A DNA stretch of 64,000 bases, from contig CP000071.1 in the NCBI GenBank assembly GCA_000002445.1, positions 2,208,001 through 2,272,000 on the forward strand, written 5' to 3'. Made by a program: the position numbers and the translations under genes. The stretch comes from Trypanosoma brucei (taxonomy: Eukaryota). Of the stretch, positions 53,587-63,400 are shown in pieces. The first letter of the stretch is position 1. The number at the start of each line of letters is the position of its first letter. The notes under the pieces were generated by a model. It was not told the origin of the DNA. It ran no database searches and worked only from the letters and a program-made list of their open reading frames with translations.

Positions 53587-56055
53587 ATGGGAGCACTGCC
53601 GAGCAGGGAAACACAACACCGCGGTTTGTATAGCCATCGTCATGGGCGCAATAGGCGGAGTGAAGTTATTTTAGTTCCTCTTACCAGTGAGTTCTTTCCG
53701 AGTGAGAGCTGCCCTCTTTTTACGCATTTATTCCAGGCGAAGCACCACCGCACCGCCAAATATTACTATCGAGCAACACGCCCCGCCGACACGGATTGGG
53801 AATCCGATTATTATTGTCAAACGACCGCCCACGTCCGTAATATCAACATAACTGATTCAGATGATTCCGCAAAGGTCGGACACTTTGAGACATTCTTCAC
53901 GGATGATATCTCAGGACTATATCACAGACTCGTGCGCGAGACCGAGTACTGCATGTGTGAAACGGATGAGGAGCTTCGGACACGATACGAAGAGCAGATC
54001 CGCCAGCAACAGCACCATCAGCGAAAGCAGCGACTGCAAAGACCGGAGAAATCAAGCGATTATGGGACTGCTGGTGGCCGCTCGTACGAGGAATATTTTG
54101 GATTTGCTTCCGGCGCTTACACCAGTGGCTACACTGATGCTTTGGCCTTCATGAAGGGAAGGGAGCAGCACACGCACCGCAATGCGTGTGGTACGCATGT
54201 AACTTCATCGAGTGCCTATTACCTTCGTCCTATTCCATGTGCAATTGTGTCGCGGTCCGAGGCACACAAATCTGCATCTGAGACTGGGGTTGAGTTCCTT
54301 GGTTCAACGGTTAAGGTGCTCGGTATGTTTGGGCTTCTTCCCTCCATAATCCCAGTGACTGTGCATGGCGAAGTGATGGAGCAGCATATGCTGAAGGCCA
54401 CAATGTTCGTTGACAAGGATGTCGGCGACCAGATATTGGGTAACGTAGTGATGCTTGCTGTCCACATGTACGTCCGACAATGTATTGAGGCCCGTATCCG
54501 AGCTCCATACATTCCAATGGTTCCCATGATTCTTCGGACACCCATATCAAACATCCCGATGCTACAGTTTGTGCGGGAGATGCGAGTGCGTCTTCGTGGC
54601 TTGTTGGAAGCCGGTGCACCGCGCCGGGGCGGAGGAGCGGGAAGGCGTGTGGGTTCATTCCACGGCACTGAGGGAACTCGCGAGGCGGTGGAGGCATCTT
54701 CCCGTTGTGAGGCAGATATACTGTACCTTTTTGAAGAGGATGTACCCAATGCCATTTCTGCCCACCAACTTTTCCTTGATCCGGCGGAGGCACAGTCACT
54801 AAGGCTCCACCCGGCACAGAACACCAATTCTGATGGTACCATTCCGATTCTCCTCATGTCGGGCGTGAATGTGCAGGCGGCACCACTAACACATCCCTCC
54901 GTTACGAGTATGTCACATGTGCGCGTCCCGCCGTGGGCGCTTGAAGGCGCCTCCGACTCTGCAGGCGGTGGACCATCCGAAGCGTCCCCGCAGCGTGAAG
55001 CCTTCCAGGCCACGTCGCTTTTGGCAACACGACGGAACCGCTTCCGCATTTGGGTGGAAGGTGGTCGGCTGTGCATTTGGGCGAGTGCCGCGTACGCTCG
55101 GCGGGGGTGTCTTATGCTCGCTCAGAAGCTTACACAGACGGTTGACAATAATCTTTTGCCAGTACCACGCCCGTGGAATTACCGTGGTCTTTTGCGCGGT
55201 GGTATGCCAATGCCGGAGCCAGAGCTCGCCAATGATGTGTTCATTGTGGCTGAGGACATGCCGAGTATGGGGCTTTATCAGGGTGACGTTCTCCGTTGCA
55301 GCACTCCCGTGGAGATCGCTGATCAGCAACAACGGCTGTCACTGCACGGAACATCCGCAACATCTTCGTCCACGTTACTCGAGGCGATATGTGTGCACAG
55401 CAAGAAAAGTGTGACCAGCGCCTCCACACCTATGGAACCGACGACACCCGGTGGGCAGCAAAAAAGTCAGGAGAGTTTTGCAAGCAGTCACCCCACTAAT
55501 TTACTTCTACAGGATCCGGGCGAGGCCCCACCGAATGCCTTCTGGGTGTGCATTCCTTTCGACCGCGACTGTGTGAGTGCGGGACCTAATGAAAGACGGC
55601 AACAACAACATCAACTGGACACTGTGTCCCATCGGGCAACCAATGTGGAAGAGGTTCTTCTCTCGTGGATCAAAATAATTTCACTCAAGACCCGCGAAGC
55701 CAGTGAGGAGGATGTGTATTGGGTGCGTGACCCCACAACCGGAGCGCCACTCCGGGTGGATCGCTACGTTATACGCCGTGTGGAGCATGATGGCATGCGT
55801 TATTTCATTGGTGTCACCCCGCGCTTTGTTGGGCAACAGCGCCGATTGGAGAGAATGTTGGAAGACATCAAAGCTCAAGATGCGGGAAGTCCGGATTTGG
55901 ACGTGGAGCGGGAGGGGTTTCACATGTCGCCCACACACGCTGGCACAGCTTTGGAGGGTAATGATGACGACAGTGAAGACGATGATGCAGATGATGGATG
56001 CGCTGCCATGGCGCAGATGCTCAGCGGGCAGTCAAATATATTTTACAGGGAATAG
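53587..56055 (+). CDS. Large hypothetical protein, member 3 of the MGAxPSRE family (822 aa from the ATG at 53587)
   Basis: MGALPSRETQHRGLY...VILVPLTSEFFPSESCPLF. Shared blocks: CETDEELR, RPIPCAIVS, VKVLGMFGLLP, NIPMLQFVREMRVRLRGLL. Acidic C-terminus (DDDSEDDDADDG). The ORF-track start at 53560 lies inside the (TG)n tract and is judged spurious. Confidence 0.8.
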   Translation: MGALPSRETQHRGLYSHRHGRNRRSEVILVPLTSEFFPSESCPLFTHLFQAKHHRTAKYYYRATRPADTDWESDYYCQTTAHVRNINITDSDDSAKVGHFETFFTDDISGLYHRLVRETEYCMCETDEELRTRYEEQIRQQQHHQRKQRLQRPEKSSDYGTAGGRSYEEYFGFASGAYTSGYTDALAFMKGREQHTHRNACGTHVTSSSAYYLRPIPCAIVSRSEAHKSASETGVEFLGSTVKVLGMFGLLPSIIPVTVHGEVMEQHMLKATMFVDKDVGDQILGNVVMLAVHMYVRQCIEARIRAPYIPMVPMILRTPISNIPMLQFVREMRVRLRGLLEAGAPRRGGGAGRRVGSFHGTEGTREAVEASSRCEADILYLFEEDVPNAISAHQLFLDPAEAQSLRLHPAQNTNSDGTIPILLMSGVNVQAAPLTHPSVTSMSHVRVPPWALEGASDSAGGGPSEASPQREAFQATSLLATRRNRFRIWVEGGRLCIWASAAYARRGCLMLAQKLTQTVDNNLLPVPRPWNYRGLLRGGMPMPEPELANDVFIVAEDMPSMGLYQGDVLRCSTPVEIADQQQRLSLHGTSATSSSTLLEAICVHSKKSVTSASTPMEPTTPGGQQKSQESFASSHPTNLLLQDPGEAPPNAFWVCIPFDRDCVSAGPNERRQQQHQLDTVSHRATNVEEVLLSWIKIISLKTREASEEDVYWVRDPTTGAPLRVDRYVIRRVEHDGMRYFIGVTPRFVGQQRRLERMLEDIKAQDAGSPDLDVEREGFHMSPTHAGTALEGNDDDSEDDDADDGCAAMAQMLSGQSNIFYRE

Positions 56056-57936
56056 CGTGGAGGTGGTGCTGGAGTGAATGAGCGCTCCTGCAGCTGTTGT
56101 TGTTACTTATTACCGCCACAATCGATATTAATGTACCACCGCTTCCCGCGGGACCTCCTTTTTTTTTTTCTTCCCTTAACGTGTGAAAGCAGTTTTATGT
56201 TGATATTTCTGCATATGGAGTCGACTCTTTCTACTTTTTCTTTTCGTTTTTCAAAAAAAAAAATGTTCTTCGCTTTCTCACTTATATTCACTTACTGTCA
56301 GTAATACTTATGTGGGGGTTCTTTCTTTTTTCTTTTTTAAACATGTTTAACCGTGCGTAGTTGTGGGACTTCCAGTTCGCGTGTTCAGTGAAGGATATTG
56401 CGACAAAAGACGCACCAAACACTACGAAGTCAGCAACGAGCAAATGTACCGTAAAAAAAAAATGTGTAAACATGTAAATGTCGAATATCAATAATAATAA
56501 TAATAAATTATTAAAGACACTATCGACAATCATTCACAACAGCAACAGGCAAGGCAGAATGGCTGAGAAGAAAAGCATAACATGTTACTAATGAAAAAAA
56601 AAAAGGTACCAATGTGATTTAAACTCTTCTTCATGCCGGTGGAATCAATATGAGCTGTGGTGACGGTAGCCTAAATTGCTCACATCAAAGCTTAAGGAAG
56701 GAAAAATAAGTCTTTAACTTGGGTGATGGTCGCGGATGTTTATTGGACATTTTGTTTTTGCTTTTGTTTCAAGGGGGTGTGGGACATATATTTTTGTATT
56801 CAACATTACATATCATTCTTTTTGCTTTTGCTTTTGCTTTGCTTTGATTTGCTTTGCTTTGGTTTGATTTTCCCTTTTCTCTTTTCTCTTTAGTATCTGT
56901 TGTAATGATTCTTTCTCCTTTCTTTTAACATTTACTTACTGCACTTACTCTTTGCTTTATCAGTTGTTTCCATTCGCCGTTTTGTGCAACTGCATTTCTG
57001 TTATTGTGAAGCATGGGATTTATTCCTCTCCACATGTGTAAATCACATTTCATTTTCCCTTCCCTCTTTTTCTCTTCTCTTCTGTTTTTTCTTTTCCTCC
57101 CTCCCTTCCATCCTCCGTTTTTTTTTTTTGAAGGTTCAGTAGAAAAACGGTAGAAGTAAAGGATGTTGGCATGACTAGCGCGTTATTGCGTGGGTGAATG
57201 GACCGTAATGCTTTAAGTGGCGTTGTTTTGAAGGGTTTCACTTCATCTAATCTTTTCCTTACCAGAGTTTTGATGAATAGGGAAGTGGCCGCGCGTATTT
57301 GTGAGGGCCTACGTTGTGTTCTTTTTGTTTGAGATCAGAGACTTTACATATCTATTTAAGGACTTGTATGGTTAGTTATACCTTCGCTTTCTGCCGGTAC
57401 ATTAATGCTTCCACACTTCCCCCGTTGGTTTTTTTACTCCTTTCTTTTGGGCTTGAGACCGATGCGTGGTTAATCCGTTGCGTGTAGTGAGGGTAAAATA
57501 GCGACTTGATATGATGCCCTTGAATTATCTCGTTGCTTTAATGCAGGTCCTTCCCCTTCTCTACCTTAATGTACGAGCACCGGTTGTGCGTATACTCCAC
57601 TGCTATTGCCGAACTGGTAGAAGCATATAAAATAAATCTATAATAACGCTATCTCTTCATATAATTCAACTGCTCCCATCTCTCATCTCGGTTCTTATTT
57701 GTGGTATGTCTTTCACACGTGTTGTGTTTGATTGGCTGTATATGAAAATAGGAACCACAAAATAAGGCAGGATTGAAGGTGCTAGAAACAAACGAGCAAA
57801 CAGCCTAAACACCAGTAAGAGCAACCACATAAGCAAACCTGTGAAAAAGAAATATAGAACTCTGGCCTAGTGTGAACGGTTTGTTCTAAATAAAAAAAGT
57901 AGCATACAGTAGAAGCAAATAAAATAATTAGGGATT

Positions 57937-58302
57937 ATGCCTCCTGCCCCGCGCTGCACGGGACAAATTATTTGCCAGAGTTGTCAAGTAACCCTCGCGT
58001 ATCCCATCGGGGCCCCTTCCGTCCGCTGCCCGCTTTGTGCCTCCGTGACGCCCGTGAGGCAATTCAGCGTTTCATGTGTTCAATGCCGCAGTGTACTCAT
58101 CTTACCACAAAACACCAGCCTTGCCATGTGCCCTCGATGCCGTGCAGTCATGAGTATTCCCGCATGTATACGCGACGGGCAGTCGAGTTTGTTTCCTCCG
58201 AAGGAATGTGTTTATATTGAGCGACCAATTAAAAGCGAGGCGTCACGGGCTCCGCCGCGTATTGCCGTTGGAACGAAACTCGACGATGATGATGATCTGT
58301 AA
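57937..58302 (+). CDS. Small protein with two tandem LSD1-type zinc fingers and a C-terminal poly-Asp tail (121 aa)
   Basis: CQSCQVTLAYPIGAPSVRCPLC and CVQCRSVLILPQNTSLAMCPRC both fit the LSD1-like consensus C-x2-C-[RQ]-x2-L-x-[YL]-P-x-G-A-x-S-V-x-C-x2-C. There is a possible degenerate third unit (CPRCRAVMSIPACIRDG). The protein ends KLDDDDDL. Confidence 0.55.
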   Translation: MPPAPRCTGQIICQSCQVTLAYPIGAPSVRCPLCASVTPVRQFSVSCVQCRSVLILPQNTSLAMCPRCRAVMSIPACIRDGQSSLFPPKECVYIERPIKSEASRAPPRIAVGTKLDDDDDL

Positions 58303-58343
58303 CGTAAGCACTGCGGTGTGTGATCTTATTTGTGCGTGCGTGC

Positions 58344-58384
58344 ATATATATATATATATATATATATATTTATTTATTTATTTA
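58344..58384 (+). repeat. (TA)n then (TTTA)n microsatellite
   Basis: Read directly. Similar (AT)n runs occur at 58558-58598 and a (TG)n(AT)n at 59054-59094. Confidence 0.95.
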
Positions 58385-58554
58385 TACATATAGAACCATG
58401 TACATATACATGTATGTGTTTCTATATGTATTGTGTTGGTGTACTAGAGTGTAACAGAAGAGTAAATATTGGGCGTTGTCACCGTTCAAATATAGTAGTG
58501 GACCTGCGGGACATATACGCTTTTGGTGATTGCGACTTGTGATGTTGCGGCACA

Positions 58555-58590
<36 letters not shown>

Positions 58591-60440
58591 TATATATCTT
58601 TTAAAAAAGTATTTCTACTTACCTACTCAACCAGCCTCTGCATTCCCCTTCTTTCAGTCCACATTCTATTCTACTTTTTCTTTTTTTTTTTTTCGTCCCC
58701 CCTTCTTTCTTATGTTTATATAAACGTGTACTTTTTCTTTTCTTTTTGTTTCGGTGCCAGATGGAGATACAGCAACAGTTGCTTCCGTGCGACATTTGCC
58801 GTGCACATCACTTGTCCACGTCTTTTTTGTTTTAGTTTGGTTGCAGGTTTTCTTTTTTAAATTTTACACGGTGGTGAACGGACGAAAATGAAGATATATA
58901 AAAAAAAAGAAAGGAGGTTTTTTTTTTTGTTTGCTCTATTGCCTATGATTGAACGAGGCCAGTGAGAGGATGAATTGAGTGCTAAATGTTGTTGCATTTG
59001 TGTAGTGATGAAATACGGTGGGGTGTGTAAAGAGGAATGAGGGCACGTGATATTGTGTGTGTGTGTGTGTGTGTGGATATATATATATATATATGGGTGA
59101 AGTAAGGCAAAATAAATTAAAATGTTTTTTTTTTTTAAAGAAAAAGAAAGAAGGTGGAAAAAAGAAAAGAAAATAAGAACATGGTAAAGCGATCAGAGGC
59201 GTTTTTAAATATTTATTTTTGCACAGTTTTGGAGGTTCATCAGCTGTGAGAGTAACGGCAGCAAAGGTAATGATATTGTATGACCGTGACCCAATTTAAC
59301 ACAAGCACGTGGGATATAGTTTTGAGCTGATAAGTTTCACAAGCAACATTGCATGTTGGATTATAAATTCAACGGTGCATGCCGAGGTGACCCCAAAGAG
59401 GCGTAGAAAGAAGGATTCGGGCGGAACAAAAAGAAAATATACGGTCCCAAAATAAATAAACACATATTTATATGATTGTGCATTGTGACCACTAATGCTC
59501 CTTGTTTTTGTCCTTTTATTCACTGTTCGCATTTTTCCCCTCCTTTCCCAAAGGGTCTTTATAGTCACGAATCCTTTGGTCATATATTGCATTTCTTCCG
59601 CCTAAAGTAAGTGGGGTACTTTTAGGACAAATAATGCCTTCCCCATATACATATATATATATATATATGTATATGTATATGTATATGACTCAGTACTTTA
59701 CTGGGTTGTGCTGTCGTTTTTTGAAATATTGAGACGTTTCTTTCCCCTTTTTTTCTTTTTTACCACACCCCTCTACCCCACACATTTTGAAGGTGAAAGA
59801 GTTTTGCGAATCACAAGCTTCTGCTTTTCATTCCTTAGCTCTAGTAACTTTCCCTGCCCATCATTCACTTGCTTTCATTCAATTGTTTGAATGATTATTT
59901 GTCCACTTTTTGTTAACGTTTCTTTTCTTCCCCTCTCCCTCATCTTCGTACACCCTTTTTTCTCTCCTCTTCCTTTTCATCCTCAAACAAACAAACAAAC
60001 GAACGAACAATAAATAAATCAATAAATAAATAAAAGCCAGCAGTGGAGATCGCAGGGGTGCAGAAGCAGCAGCAGCAACAGCAACAGCAACACGACATTA
60101 GGAGAAGAGGCGAACATACAATAGTGCACGGGGAAGTGGTGGTGGTGGTGGTGGTGGGACAGAAAAATTTACTCGTGTGTATAATTGTTACGTGTGAGGG
60201 TGCTTTCTTTTTTTTTTTTTTTTACAGAGCATTAGTGTTTTTTATACACCCGCATTTTTATTTCTCCCCTTTCGTTTTTGCTGCTTTGGTGGGCAAGGAG
60301 AGGAGGAACTGAGGGCAAATACGGTTAACGAAAACGAGTGTAAGAGAGTCTCCGCCGTTTTTTTTTGTCCATCACTGCCACGTCTCCGGTGCCTTGATTG
60401 ACGTCCCCAACAGCGTTTCCGAACAAAACAGCGTGTGCGC

Positions 60441-63400
60441 ATGTCAACACCAATTGGTTCTCGCAGTCGTACGCATAGCATCCGAAGGGAGTCTGCTGCA
60501 TCTTTACCACAGAGTACTACGTGTAGTAGTGATAGTACCAGTCCCCCACGCGCGGTGCCTACAGACGGAACTGTGATGTGGTCGGGGAGTGACAGAACTG
60601 TGATAGGTAATGAAGTTGCTGTTGGAGATGTAAGTGCTTGTAGTGGTGACAGTTGTAAAAAAAGCGGTGGGGATCGTTCTTTTGCCTCATACGCCAGCGG
60701 CACCAGTTACGTTGACTGCTCGGGGATTGGCGCTGTTGCAAAACGATCTTGCGTGGAGGAGGAGGCTTTCCAACGCGGCCGGATTTACCTTCAGCAACTA
60801 GAATCGTGGAAGAACCTCCGTGTGCAGGCCCTGCAAGAACAACCGGGGAGTCTCGCCTGTAGCCGTTCCGCTTCACTGCGGAGCCTCAGTACTGCGACAC
60901 GGCAAGAGGTCGTGCTTTTTAGCCCACCTCGACGGCAGCGTCAGCAACAACTCCTCTCAACAAGTCCCCAACTGCAGCAGGAGGCCACATCACCACAGCC
61001 ACAACCACAGCCGCAACTGTCACCACCGCCGTCACCGGCTAAACAAGCGCAACCCCAGCTAGCGCGGCCACAATTGCAGCAGCAGCCGAAGTCGCAGTCG
61101 CAGTCGCAGTCGCAGTCGCAGTCGCAGTCGCCACAGTTATCACAACCGCAGAGACCTTTCAATAGCAGGCGCCCGGGCGACTCGGAGTGGGGTGGAGCGC
61201 ATCTACTCGAGAAGTATTACGAAGGTGAGGTGCGGCGAGTGGCACAACGCGGGCAAAGGTTGCAGGAACGTGAGTGGCGTCTGATGGAGCGGCAGTTGCA
61301 AGATGCCCGAGCAGCAGAGACTCGGGCAGTTGAAGAGGCTCGAGCCACAGCGGAACGAGTGCGGGCTCTGGAGGGGCAGTTACACGCAGCTCAGCAGGCG
61401 CTCGCGGGTGTGTCCGCTTCAGGTCGCGAAGCGCTAGAGGACTTACAGCTGCGTGATCGGCAGGTGGAGGTGCTTTCCATTGAAGTGGAGCGGCTGCGGA
61501 TGGAGAACATGACTATTGCTGTGGAGCGCCGGAAGGTTGAGTCTCTCATGAAGGAGCGTGTTGGGGAGTTGGAAGCCGCAGCGGAAGCTAGTAGGCAAAC
61601 CGAGGCGACACTGGCTGCCCGCCTGCAGGAGGCACAATACGAACTGAGCGGTCATCACCAGGTGCTGAGAGAGCGGGATGAAGCTCTCTGTCGTGAGTCA
61701 CAAAGTCATCAACTTGTAGAAGAGCGGGTTGCGGAGATGGAACGCCAACTTAAAGAGGCAACGAGCTTGGTGGATGGTGAGCGACAAGAGGCCAGGAGAC
61801 AGGCAAAGAGGCAGGCGAAGGCGCTTCAGCAGTCTCAGGCCAGGTGTGAAGAGCTTCAGCGTCGTTACAAGGAAAAGGAGCGCGAACTCACAGAGCAGGC
61901 GGAACGCTACGAAGAAATTCTCGCGGCACGAGATGCCTCCGCCGCTTCGACCACCGCTCAGATAGAAAAGGAAGTCGACGGTTACAGACGGCAATACCGA
62001 GAGCTCCAGCAACAGTTGCTTCAAGAGCGTGTTGCCATGGCCGCAGTTGCCGAGACGCAACGGGCCGAAGTGTTGAGGTTGCGTCGGACCTTAAATGCGT
62101 TGCAGGAGGAGTTGTTGTTAGAGGCAGAGGATAGTCGCGGAAGCTTGGCGGCCTCCCGAAAGCACTTGCAGGGAGAACTTGCACGGGGTCGGCACGCAGA
62201 GGCACTTCTACGAGAAGCGAGCGCAGAGGTGGCAAGGCTGCGGACAACTGTTGCAGACTTGCAGCAGAAACAGCATGGATCGGAGGGAGTACTGCATGAT
62301 TCGCCAGCTCAACTGAGCCCCAAGCAAAAACAAACTAAAAAGCAGAGGCAGAAACAGCGGCAACGGCACGACCCACCACTCCCCGAAGATGAACCAGTTC
62401 CGTTGCCTGGTGACACCACGAGTTTGCTCTTAAACGAGTGTGACGACGTTAATAATGATGATAGGTCGACTCATCATCATGATTCATACCACTGTAATGG
62501 TGGGGGGCATAACCCTCAACAGTTCCTGTTTCCTTGTAAAAAGGGTGATGATGGTGAGGAGCGATCTCCTAGTGTGCGCAATGGTACCGTGCCCCATGCA
62601 GTTGACAGGCCCAGTTCTTCGCTATCACGTGGTGAGCAGGAGAATGCGCAGGCGAACGGAGAAACTGCGCCGTCACCGGAACCATCGTACACCTGCACGG
62701 AATCGGCGACATCAGATCTTGTTAAGTGCATAGAGGAGCGGTTGGAACCGCACCTGGCTGCGTTGCAGACAAAAGTAGTCGATGCGGTGAGTGCGCTCAC
62801 GTCTGCTGGGGGTTATGGAGTGCCGGAGGAGCAGCCCCAACAGCCACATGACGACAAGTACCAACTGACGCATTTAGTCAACTCGCCACCCACACGACGT
62901 GGCACAGCGCCACAAGTGGCAGATGCAGCTCTTACGCTGGGCTGCGTGGTGAAGCTCCTCGAAGCTGTATCCACGCTAAATGTAGTCTTGCCGTACTTCG
63001 AGTCTCTGTCCTATCAAGCAGCTGCCGACGGGGTGCTTCGTGGCATGGATAAGCGGTTGGTAGAGTGTTTGCAGCAACAGCAGCGGTTACTGCGCTTCGC
63101 CATGCAGAAAATAGATGAGGGACGAGGGCAAGGGGGGAGTCCACCCGCGTCCAATGTGTTATCTGCTTCCAACGTTGCCATTGGGGATCCGCTCATCCCT
63201 GCATTAACAGTGGCTTTGGAGGAGCGTCTCGAGACATTGTTAGCCATGGCTGACCTCAGCAACTGGGCGGGGCCTTCGTCAGACCCTGCGACGGTTTCTA
63301 CGCACCCGCAGTTTGAAGAAGCTGGCAACGCTTCGGTGTCCGCAGAGCCGATGGCGTTGAGGCAAGTGACTCCGTCGTCACGTGATGAGGATCACGCGTT

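Noticed and set aside
54219-55076. A 285-aa minus-strand ORF inside the 53587-56055 gene, and similar ones at 40539-41156, 39699-40094 and 45650-46300
   Set aside because: They are antisense shadow ORFs within strongly supported plus-strand genes in GC-rich coding sequence.
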